Positions 45,593 through 53,554 of a DNA stretch of 64,000 nucleotides are shown piece after piece. Origin of the DNA: a virus; the IMG/VR virus record IMGVR_UViG_3300045973_000675, positions 1-64,000 of that record; one strand, given 5' to 3'. The notes beneath the pieces are model-generated. The model saw nothing but the letters and a program-made list of their open reading frames with translations. It did not search any database and had not been told where the DNA came from. Position 1 is the first letter of the stretch; each line of letters opens with the position of its first letter. The translations under genes and the position numbers were made by a program.

Positions 45593-46597
45593 CTACAGTT
45601 CTGCTCTCGCCGGCCTTCCCTTGATCGCGTTGACCATCATCTCGTTCGTCGGCCTGATGTAGTGGCGCGTGTCTACCGTTGGCCGGCGCGCCCCGATGAA
45701 AGTGCCGTCGATGGCAAACTCCGGGCTGCCAGCGTGGCCCTGCGCGATCCTGATGTAGCTTTCCGTGTAGCCCCTGGCGGCGAGCATCGAAGCGAAAGAC
45801 CGGCGCAGATCGCGGCTTGGGCACACGCGCGGCATCTCGCAGCGGTCGCTCGCGGAGTTGAACGCTTTGGACAACCCCCACACCCTCCCCAGGATGAGCG
45901 ATTCAGTCGATCCCGGTTCGGCAAGAATTTCGGTGGCCGCCTTCTGTAGCTCTTCCTCCATTGGAATCCAGCACGGCTTGCAGCTCGGGTATTTGTGGTT
46001 GCGCCGCCAGAAGCGACCGCGGGCGATCACGTTGCCATCGTCGTCCTTCCACTCGTAGAGAGGATCGAGCATCCACCGGGCAAACGTCCAGATGTCCGTC
46101 GAGTGGTGGCCGGTCCACATCGCCAGATCCGCGTAGGTGCGGAAGCGACCGCACATCGCCAGTCGCAGCCGATTGAATTCGGCAACACCAAGTGCCCGCT
46201 GGCCAGGCCTGCCATCGTTCTTGATGAACGGAAGATCGGGAACCTCGTCGCGCTTGATGATCTTCCTTCCCGCCGCGTACTTGATGGCCGCGCGCAAGTG
46301 CCAGAAGCGTTTTTTGATGGTCACACCCATCATTCCACGCCCCATCGGCCCCTCTTTCGCCAACGCCGATTCGAGCTCTTCGAGGCCAATGGAGTCGATG
46401 GGGCACGACTCTCCGAAGACACCAAGAAGCCAGTTTTCCTTCTCGCCATAGTCGCGCAATGTCTCCTCTGCCAGATGCGGCGCTTTCATCCGCTTGTACG
46501 CCGACAGAGCCTCCTTGAGCGTCCCGCGCGGCCAGAATTGCAACTCCATCTGGTAGGGGCTCGAATTCCGGGCAAAGCTACGCTGTACCGTCTGCAT
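45593..46597 (-). CDS. int: tyrosine integrase
   Basis: LAMWTGHH, RDLRRSFAS, QGH, TRHY; SD AGGAG; next to a tRNA-half attP. Confidence 0.85.
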   Translation of the reverse strand: MQTVQRSFARNSSPYQMELQFWPRGTLKEALSAYKRMKAPHLAEETLRDYGEKENWLLGVFGESCPIDSIGLEELESALAKEGPMGRGMMGVTIKKRFWHLRAAIKYAAGRKIIKRDEVPDLPFIKNDGRPGQRALGVAEFNRLRLAMCGRFRTYADLAMWTGHHSTDIWTFARWMLDPLYEWKDDDGNVIARGRFWRRNHKYPSCKPCWIPMEEELQKAATEILAEPGSTESLILGRVWGLSKAFNSASDRCEMPRVCPSRDLRRSFASMLAARGYTESYIRIAQGHAGSPEFAIDGTFIGARRPTVDTRHYIRPTNEMMVNAIKGRPARAEL

Positions 46598-46697
46598 GCT
46601 AGGTCTCCTGGTTTTCGGGGAAATGCGCGCTCTACTCCTGCACGACATCCCTGGTAACGAGGCCCGGCGCACTGGCGCAATGACTACGCCGCTGGGC

Positions 46698-46725
46698 ACC
46701 ATATGCCTCACTCACTGCGTGTCAA
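46698..46725 (-). promoter_or_regulatory. sigma70-type promoter for int
   Basis: TTGACA-N16-TATGGT. Confidence 0.5.
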
Positions 46726-46770
46726 CTATCACGGCGGAAAATCAACTGGTGTGCCGCGATACAGATCACA

Positions 46771-46799
46771 CCCTAGACTAGGGATATTATCCCTGTCAA
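46771..46799. promoter_or_regulatory. overlapping palindromic operators
   Basis: CCCTAGACTAGGG and AGGGATATTATCCCT, abutting a minus-strand TTGACA. Confidence 0.55.
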
Positions 46800-46809
46800 G
46801 CAGAAATCG

Positions 46810-46977
46810 TTACGGCTTTGACGGCCGCGCTTTCGGCATCATGCCCTTGCCTGTCCAACCGGACCGTCGCTGAATCCACTCCGACCGGGTGACTCCGGCC
46901 TTCGCCGCGAGCGCGTCCACCCTCGCCAGCGCGTCGACCGAAAACTTGACTGAGGTCGGAGGGACCTTGCGACCCAT
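46810..46977 (-). CDS. CopG-family RHH regulator
   Basis: TSVKFSVDALARVDALAAKAGVTRSEWI. Confidence 0.75.
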   Translation of the reverse strand: MGRKVPPTSVKFSVDALARVDALAAKAGVTRSEWIQRRSGWTGKGMMPKARPSKP

Positions 46978-47239
46978 CCCTGCTGAAATGTAGCGATTGC
47001 CCATGCGGGTAGGGATACTACCGAAGCGCCCGATCGTCCACGACGTGGCTACCCCTCCCCCGGATTCATCCGCCTGTCCGCAATCACGACGTCCGGGTCG
47101 GGCGACCCCACCGCGCACCCGACGTGACACACGTGGCGACGCGCATCCGAGAGCCTGGCCTCATTGTCCACGCGCAGCCAGCCTTCGAGGCGCCAGTTGA
47201 GCGGCGGGAGCATTCCAGGTGGTTGGCAAAGCGAGTCCG

Positions 47240-47638
47240 TCACGAGGCGATGCCCTCGCAGTGGTTCACCAGGCGAGCACTCCACAGTGCCTGGAACCTC
47301 GCCACCTGCTCGGACTGCCACGCGCGTCGACCTTCTCTGTCCATCCCTCGAAAAACGCCGGCCGCTGCGTGGAAATCACGGTGGGACTGTCTGCACATAG
47401 GCATCCCGCGTTCGTGGCCGGCCTTGGTCCCGAGCCCTCGATTCTGGGTGTCGTGGTGGACCTCGACGGGTGCTCGGCAGTGCTCGTGGCCGGGGGCACA
47501 GCAGGGGAGCGAGTGCAGCCAGTCGAGACGCTCGCGATCCTCGGGCGATGGCTGGCGGGGCTTGCGCGCTCGCTGGCGCATGGGCTTCGATCGGCGCATG
47601 GGCTTGCGCGCGCGAAGCTTGGCGTAACGACGGAGCAT
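47240..47638 (-). CDS. DUF968/HNH-like putative nuclease
   Basis: WLHSLPCC...EVHH...PMCRQSHRDFH. Confidence 0.7.
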   Translation of the reverse strand: MLRRYAKLRARKPMRRSKPMRQRARKPRQPSPEDRERLDWLHSLPCCAPGHEHCRAPVEVHHDTQNRGLGTKAGHERGMPMCRQSHRDFHAAAGVFRGMDREGRRAWQSEQVARFQALWSARLVNHCEGIAS

Positions 47639-47940
47639 CAGCGCGACCTATTGGGCAGCCGAAAGAATCGGCGCAGCCATCGCAGCAGCCCTCCGCGTGA
47701 CTGGCCTCTGCGCCACCAGCACCGCATGTACTTGCGACGCATGTCGAATTGCTGGACAAAGCGCAGCCACCAACAATCGGGGCACAGCTCAGATTTCCAC
47801 TGTGGCGGGCGCATCTTGCAGCCTGGACACAGGAGGCCGTCGCTGGGGATGGCCAGGCTGGCGAGTTCGGCCTTGCGCTTCTCGCGTGCTGGCTTGCGCT
47901 TCAGGCGCTTTGCGATGGAGCGCTGGCGCTCGGTGGTCAT
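47638..47940 (-). CDS. basic Zn-finger hypothetical protein
   Basis: CPGC..CPDC; coupled overlaps. Confidence 0.5.
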   Translation of the reverse strand: MTTERQRSIAKRLKRKPAREKRKAELASLAIPSDGLLCPGCKMRPPQWKSELCPDCWWLRFVQQFDMRRKYMRCWWRRGQSRGGLLRWLRRFFRLPNRSR

Positions 47941-48239
47941 GTTCCAGCGTCCCGTTCTGCCGCTTCCAATTGCACGATCCGCGCCGCCGCCCTGGCATCA
48001 CCGCGAGCAATGACATCGGCGGCGTGTCTCGCGGACGTGATGACCTCACCACCGACAGTGCGTGAGGTTTTGAGCAGAGTCACGACTTCGGCGATTGCTT
48101 GGGCGTAGCCTTGCTCGCGCATGGCTTCGTTCTGCGCACGTAGGCGATCAATCTCCGTTGACAGTTCAGCCGCGATGCAGGGGAAGCAGTCGCCGAGCAC
48201 TAGGTCGGGATCTAGCCGTCCGCACTTCACACACTTCAT
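47937..48239 (-). CDS. hypothetical protein
   Basis: MKCVKCG...CFPC then coiled coil. Confidence 0.5.
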   Translation of the reverse strand: MKCVKCGRLDPDLVLGDCFPCIAAELSTEIDRLRAQNEAMREQGYAQAIAEVVTLLKTSRTVGGEVITSARHAADVIARGDARAAARIVQLEAAERDAGT

Positions 48240-48330
48240 CGTTGCACCTTGGCCGGGGCCGCGTTCCCGCATCCCGGTGTTGAGCAATGTCCGGTGGCAG
48301 GGTCTTGCGGGGCTTTGCAGTAGGGGCACC

Positions 48331-48780
48331 TCATGGTCGAAACTCGAATTGAGGTTCCGCGATCTCTGGCCCCGAACTTTCGGCCTCGGCCGTTGGCTCC
48401 GGCGCCATGATCTGGCACACCAGAAGCGCGCCCTGGGCGAGTAGCTGCGGGGCCTTGTTGACCCGGCGGATATTGTGGATCACGGTGGCGTGATGGAATC
48501 CGCCGAGGTGCTGGCCAATCTCGGGCAAGCTGGCGTCGCTGCACTTCCGCATGACCCACATAGTGACGGCGCGGATGTTGGCCAGCAGCCGGTGGCGTTC
48601 GCCGCTGGCCAGGTCCCTCCGCTTGATCTGGTAGTGGGCACAGCACTTCTCGATCACGTCGTCGAGAATTGGCAACGGCTGCACAACCCTCCCAATGGCA
48701 ATAGAATCGACCGCAGCGTCCAGGCCGTAGGCGTTGAAGACGGCGCAGAAAAGCGCCAGGTTTTCGTTGTGCGTGCTCAT
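48331..48780 (-). CDS. DnaA domain IV-only protein #2
   Basis: CAHYQIKRRDLASGERHRLLANIRAVTMWVMRK..ASLPEIGQHLGGFHHATVIH. Confidence 0.85.
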   Translation of the reverse strand: MSTHNENLALFCAVFNAYGLDAAVDSIAIGRVVQPLPILDDVIEKCCAHYQIKRRDLASGERHRLLANIRAVTMWVMRKCSDASLPEIGQHLGGFHHATVIHNIRRVNKAPQLLAQGALLVCQIMAPEPTAEAESSGPEIAEPQFEFRP

Positions 48781-49106
48781 GCATTCCCCTTTCGCAGCCA
48801 GCGCTGCACCCAATTACCGTTGCCCACGCGCTTCCGGAGGCTGGCCACCTCTGCACTCAGCCGCGCGTTCTGGGCCATCAATCCGCCGTAGAGCGTACCC
48901 AGCGCATCCTCAGCGCGTGCGAATTGCTTCTGGTCAAGCTCAGCGTGGTCACAGTCAATCTTCTCGCAACGCCCATCCGCGCACGGATCGCAGCACATGA
49001 ACTCGACGGGGCCGCCTGCCAGCACGGGGCCGCCAGTGTCTCCTGGGCGCGGGTCTGGTCCGCTGTCGTCGGGTTCGCCCCAGGGGTGGCCGGAGAAGCT
49101 AGCCAT
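48777..49106 (-). CDS. hypothetical protein
   Basis: Coupled ORF. Confidence 0.45.
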   Translation of the reverse strand: MASFSGHPWGEPDDSGPDPRPGDTGGPVLAGGPVEFMCCDPCADGRCEKIDCDHAELDQKQFARAEDALGTLYGGLMAQNARLSAEVASLRKRVGNGNWVQRWLRKGNA

Positions 49107-49563
49107 GCGGCGCGTCCATTTCCGCGATGTCGAAGAACTTGGCCGCGTCCATCCCTCGCGCGTGGTTCTTGGCCATGGGGATGAGGTAGCGAAGATTCGG
49201 CAGCACCGCCCAGTGGCCAAGGTCTTCCACCTGGACGACTTGCGTGACGCCCTCGCCAACGTCGATAGCGCTCAGATCGGGCGGGAATTCCAACATCACC
49301 TTGGCATGGAACAAATGGACCTCCCAGCCGTCTCCGTTGGTGCCGTGGAGTCGTCCGAAGGGCTGGAACTGCGGCTCCATATCGTAGCCCGCCGTCTCCT
49401 CGCGGAACTCGCGCGCCATTGCTTGGGTCGGTGTCTCTCCCTCCTCGATCTTGCCGCCGAGTCCGTTCAGCTTCCCGAATTGCCAATCGGGCTTGGCCTT
49501 GAGAATCAGCAGCACGTTGTGGTAGCCGAAGTCGAATGCGAAGCCGAGCACATAGCGTTTCAT
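49099..49563 (-). CDS. NUDIX hydrolase
   Basis: GGKIEEGETPTQAMAREFREETAG Nudix box. Confidence 0.92.
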   Translation of the reverse strand: MKRYVLGFAFDFGYHNVLLILKAKPDWQFGKLNGLGGKIEEGETPTQAMAREFREETAGYDMEPQFQPFGRLHGTNGDGWEVHLFHAKVMLEFPPDLSAIDVGEGVTQVVQVEDLGHWAVLPNLRYLIPMAKNHARGMDAAKFFDIAEMDAPHG

Positions 49564-49817
49564 GGGGCATCTCCCGTCTCATGCCCAGGGCATCCGGACT
49601 TGTGGTCGAATCCCGGGCACTCCTTGGACTCACACCCCGGCACGACCTCGCGACCAAGGAAGGCCTGGTCCATCCAAAAGGTGCGGATGTCGTAGGTGGT
49701 ACGAAGGGCGCGGCCGGAGTCGTCGGTGATTTCGCCGGCCCAGTCCTCAACCAATTGCCGGTCGGACTTACGCAGGTTGCCCCGCACTGAGACGCTGAGA
49801 TGTCGACGTGTCCCCAT
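49560..49817 (-). CDS. hypothetical protein
   Basis: C-terminal CPGFDHKSGCPGH; SD GGAGG. Confidence 0.6.
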   Translation of the reverse strand: MGTRRHLSVSVRGNLRKSDRQLVEDWAGEITDDSGRALRTTYDIRTFWMDQAFLGREVVPGCESKECPGFDHKSGCPGHETGDAP

Positions 49818-49819
49818 GG

Positions 49820-50380
49820 CTACGACCGCCCCTCCGCCCGCAATTCCTTCATTCGCGCGCAGAGCTTCGGCGCCGTCCCGCTCGGCAGTTCCTCCTCGTA
49901 CAGCGCCGTCAGGGTGTCCCACTCGCGCACCAGCGGGCCCCACGCCGGGTAGCCATCCGCCACCGCGGGAAGCTTCGCGCGCATCCACGGGAACAATTTC
50001 AGCAGGCGATGGCACCGACCGAAGTCGCTGGGATCCATCGGGGTCGAGGGATGCTCGGGTGTATCTCCGATGGCTACCCGGCAGATCGTTTTTGACGAAT
50101 ACCCAGTGTCCGGCCCTTGCAACCATTCACGCGGCGTCTTGACTTTCAGCCGCTCGCACACTTCTGGCTTGTGGCCGAATTCCAAGCAATAGGTGCAAGC
50201 CTCTCCCTTCGGTCCGAGCTTGCAGCGCCGGTGCTCGTCAGCGAATGAATTCAGGATCGCCGCGTAGACACCCGCGGGCGCGGGCAAGCTCGGCAGGTAA
50301 GTTCCCCCACAGTGCAAGCACTGCAACAGGCCTTTGTGGGCGGGATTGGCGATCACGTGTTCGGCGGTCTTCTTGGGCAT
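49820..50380 (-). CDS. conserved phage hypothetical protein
   Basis: WL.GPDTGYSSKTI...PMDPSDFGRCHRLL..W..LVREW. Confidence 0.7.
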   Translation of the reverse strand: MPKKTAEHVIANPAHKGLLQCLHCGGTYLPSLPAPAGVYAAILNSFADEHRRCKLGPKGEACTYCLEFGHKPEVCERLKVKTPREWLQGPDTGYSSKTICRVAIGDTPEHPSTPMDPSDFGRCHRLLKLFPWMRAKLPAVADGYPAWGPLVREWDTLTALYEEELPSGTAPKLCARMKELRAEGRS

Positions 50381-50383
50381 CGG

Positions 50384-50896
50384 TCATTCTCCTGGCATGG
50401 TCCACGGAATCAACGAAGCGTCGGCGCGTAGGTAAAGGGGATGGCGAGGCCACCCTGCCTGCGTGACGCCCAAGCAGTGCAGCGGCTTGCCGTCCGCCAG
50501 CTCGACCAGGCGCCGGGCCCGGGCGGCGGCCAGCGGGAACGCGCCCCACCCCACAACGATGACGGCCGCGGCAGCCATCCGCTCGGCGATGACCTGGTCG
50601 TTGTCGGGCCCGACAGGGTCGGCGAGGTGATGTAGGCCCTTGGGGTCGGTCGAGCGGAATCCATACATGTTCACCATCTCAAAGCGCGCATACCCAAGGC
50701 GCCGGGTGAACCCGATGAATCTCACCATCGTCGGGTCGAGGATTAGGTGAGTGGCCGTCGATGGGTTCAAGCCACAGCCGAGGACCGCGCCCTCGCGCGC
50801 TCCAATCTCCTCCCATTGCCTCCACAGCAAGTAGCGATAGGTCTCACAGTCGGAGAAGACAGCGCCGGCGAACTTGGATGGGGAGCGGGTGATCAT
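50384..50896 (-). CDS. DUF1643 family protein
   Basis: AVFSDCETYRYLLWRQW, LNPSTA, DPT, PRHPLY. Confidence 0.9.
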   Translation of the reverse strand: MITRSPSKFAGAVFSDCETYRYLLWRQWEEIGAREGAVLGCGLNPSTATHLILDPTMVRFIGFTRRLGYARFEMVNMYGFRSTDPKGLHHLADPVGPDNDQVIAERMAAAAVIVVGWGAFPLAAARARRLVELADGKPLHCLGVTQAGWPRHPLYLRADASLIPWTMPGE

Positions 50897-51525
50897 GGTG
50901 TCTCTCCAAATAGTTCCTGTTGCGGTCGTTTCGCGCGTGCCCGCCTGGCGGCCAACTTCTTCGTCGCGTCCTTGTGGCAGCGCAGGCAAACGGTGCGCAG
51001 ATTTTCTAGCCCGCATTCCCCGCCGCCCTCGATGACCGGCACAATGTGGTCGGCCTCCCAGAGGTGGCGGATCGAAATGTTACCCCGCCAGTGGCTGGTC
51101 GCGACCCAGTGGCCAGCCCACAGGCTCAGCAGAGTCACCATGATCTCAAGCTGCTGGTGACGACGCTCGTGCGACCGAAATGGCATCATGTGGACTTCCT
51201 CGTCGTCACGCGTCCACGCGGACCTGAATTGCCCATCCTTCCAGGTCCTGCCAAATGCCAGCGTGTGGAGACGATCGGCGATCCGTTGCAGACGGTCGGT
51301 GTCGATGTGGCAAACCGAGCACACCCCGTGGTCGCGCTTGTGGACCTGGCGGCGGGCATAAGCAGGATCCGTCCGGATGTTCCACTCGTGGACGCAGTCC
51401 TCGCCACAGAAGGTCCGTCGCCCCTTCGGAACAGGCTTCTCGCACCACCGGCAGAGCGCACGTCCGGTCTCGTCGCGCTTGAGCTTCGTGTAGATGGCGC
51501 TGGGCATTGCGCGGCGAGTACTCAC
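50893..51525 (-). CDS. HNH endonuclease
   Basis: CRWC..RRTFC, RDHGVCSVC, WEADHIVPVIEGGG..NLRTVC..CH. Confidence 0.88.
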   Translation of the reverse strand: MSTRRAMPSAIYTKLKRDETGRALCRWCEKPVPKGRRTFCGEDCVHEWNIRTDPAYARRQVHKRDHGVCSVCHIDTDRLQRIADRLHTLAFGRTWKDGQFRSAWTRDDEEVHMMPFRSHERRHQQLEIMVTLLSLWAGHWVATSHWRGNISIRHLWEADHIVPVIEGGGECGLENLRTVCLRCHKDATKKLAARRARAKRPQQELFGETP

Positions 51526-51782
51526 AGCTTCAGTTCCTCTTGCTTCGGTGCCAGCTTCGCGTGCGGCGGGCAGAAATCACGATCCGGCCCGGCGTGCACG
51601 GCGTGCTGCCCGCACAGCTCGGCGTCACAGGTCCCGGCCACGCCCGCGCGGGTGACAGGGTAGTCGCACAGCCGGCAGTGAGGGCGCGTGCATCCCGGAC
51701 TCGAGCACGGGGCGGGACGATGGCCGCGGGTGCAGATGATGCCCGTGGTGCCGTTTCCCAGGTTGAAGGGTATGCAGGGCAT
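51522..51782 (-). CDS. small Cys-rich protein
   Basis: LCDYPV...TCDAELC..HA...DFCPPH. Confidence 0.65.
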   Translation of the reverse strand: MPCIPFNLGNGTTGIICTRGHRPAPCSSPGCTRPHCRLCDYPVTRAGVAGTCDAELCGQHAVHAGPDRDFCPPHAKLAPKQEELKL

Positions 51783-51784
51783 GA

Positions 51785-52081
51785 CTAGGGAACCTCGCAG
51801 TCGACGCAATCGCAGTCCCCGGGGTGTTGCTCGTCCCCAAGGTCGTCCTCGTCGCAGTTGTCGTCGTCGAATTCGCCCCACAGCCTTGCAGCGGGCTTCG
51901 GCATGTCGTCAGGGTACTGGTCCAGGACCTCGCGCAGAAACTCGCGCAGCGGGAAGTCAACCCCGAGAACGACGGTGACGCCGGCATTCGACGTGACCTC
52001 CAGTTGCCACTCGGTGCGCGGGTTGGGGGTCAGTACCTTGCAGATGCGGATGGAGCCGTCGAGGAGTTGGGTGGTGGCCAT
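51785..52081 (-). CDS. hypothetical protein
   Basis: Coupled ORF with an acidic C-terminus. Confidence 0.5.
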   Translation of the reverse strand: MATTQLLDGSIRICKVLTPNPRTEWQLEVTSNAGVTVVLGVDFPLREFLREVLDQYPDDMPKPAARLWGEFDDDNCDEDDLGDEQHPGDCDCVDCEVP

Positions 52082-52758
52082 CAGATGCCATCCCCGCCGG
52101 TGCCGGCCGGCGCCTTGGCGGCGTCGTACATCGCAATCCCCCACGCGATGGCGTAGCAGCACCACACGTAGTGGCCGGCGAATGCGTTCAGATTGTGTTC
52201 CCAGAAGTCATCGAAGCTGTAGGTCCGCCCTCCCGCGCCGTGGCCAAAATCGCAGGCAGCCGAAATGGCCTCCTGTTCGCTGTCGTGGGCTCGGTCCAGT
52301 ACCTCGTCCTCGATGGCCTCCCACAGCTCGCGCCGCTCGTCCTTGTCGAGCAGTTGTTCGCGCGCGGCCTCTTTGATCCATTCGAGCCGTTGCTCGCGGA
52401 TGACCTCCTCGAATCGCTCGCTGTCGAAGCAGTGAACGCTGTGCCTCTTGTCGACCGATTGGACCTTCTCGGCCCAGTAGCCCAGATTGATCCCAAGCGT
52501 CGTCCCTGGGTTCAGATGGCCGCTGTCGGTCCGGAAGAACTGGAACATGTCACGCAGGCGACTGAACGTGTAGTCGCCCATGTCGCCCGAATAGCTGAGA
52601 TAGCCGGGCCACGTGACGAGGTCGAATTGCCGGTTGCGCGTACCAGGCTGCGCGAATCGAATGTGGCGATAGATGCCGTCGTCCGCGAGGATCGTCATCT
52701 GGTGATCCTTCACGTTGGCGAGGAAGTCAGCCTCGCTGCATTTCCAGTTGGTGCTCAT
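52081..52758 (-). CDS. conserved phage hypothetical protein
   Basis: HQMTILADDGIYRHIRF...FDLVTWPGYL..SGDMG..F.R..DMF.FFR...INLGYWAEK. Confidence 0.8.
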   Translation of the reverse strand: MSTNWKCSEADFLANVKDHQMTILADDGIYRHIRFAQPGTRNRQFDLVTWPGYLSYSGDMGDYTFSRLRDMFQFFRTDSGHLNPGTTLGINLGYWAEKVQSVDKRHSVHCFDSERFEEVIREQRLEWIKEAAREQLLDKDERRELWEAIEDEVLDRAHDSEQEAISAACDFGHGAGGRTYSFDDFWEHNLNAFAGHYVWCCYAIAWGIAMYDAAKAPAGTGGDGI

Positions 52759-53315
52759 CCGACTGCCTCCTGTGCTGGCACTTCATTCCCGAGCGCGTCC
52801 CATCGCGGCCGCCGGCGACGCGCGAACATCTCTACGTAGGGGCCGGGTGCCAGCGATTCGACGATCTGAAAGAACGCATCTGGCTTTTGGGAGTGCTCTC
52901 CGGTCGCAGCCTCGAAGATGCTCCGCACACTGTGCGACAGAACTTCGGGCGTGCCTCTGGTGGCCACAATGCAGATCTCGTGGCTCGCTCGGACGTAGCG
53001 CCCCATCCCGAAATGCTCCTTGCCGGTCGAGGTCATCTTCCGCCAAACGATCTCGCTCTTTGGCGTGAAGCCCCACGCCCGCACCACTTTGTAAGCCTCC
53101 TCGACCATCGCGGCCACGCGCCACAGGAACAGCCAGGCGTTGTCAGCGATGATGGGGAATTCCTCTGAGCCACGAAACGGAAAGCGGAGCAACTCATCGA
53201 CGGAAAGGCAGGCATAGTTATTGGCGGCTCCACGTGACTTACCGGGGAGAGCGTCGCCGAACTTCCACGGGGGATCGGCCACCACGCAGGCGTATTCTTG
53301 TCCGAATAGATTCAC
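52755..53315 (-). CDS. MT-A70 family adenine methyltransferase
   Basis: ADPPW, LFLW, AWGF, GMGRYVR, HSQKP, EMFAR. Confidence 0.92.
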   Translation of the reverse strand: MNLFGQEYACVVADPPWKFGDALPGKSRGAANNYACLSVDELLRFPFRGSEEFPIIADNAWLFLWRVAAMVEEAYKVVRAWGFTPKSEIVWRKMTSTGKEHFGMGRYVRASHEICIVATRGTPEVLSHSVRSIFEAATGEHSQKPDAFFQIVESLAPGPYVEMFARRRRPRWDALGNEVPAQEAVG

Positions 53316-53554
53316 ACGGCCCTCCGTAGTGCCACGGGTCGAGCCTTCGCCGATTGTTCTGCCATTACCGCCTCGTCGAGCGCATCAGATGCCCGCGCCT
53401 GTTCTTCCAGCGCGTGAGCCAGCCGCTGCTCGGCCTTGTGCACATCGACGCCGCACCGGTCGAGACGAAACTGCGCGCTCTGACGGTCGTGCTGGAGGCG
53501 CGATAGTTCAGCGGCCGAGACCGGCCCGGTGGGCTTTCCGATGTCAGGGCTCAC
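53312..53554 (-). CDS. small coiled-coil protein
   Basis: Coupled ORF. Confidence 0.5.
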   Translation of the reverse strand: MSPDIGKPTGPVSAAELSRLQHDRQSAQFRLDRCGVDVHKAEQRLAHALEEQARASDALDEAVMAEQSAKARPVALRRAV

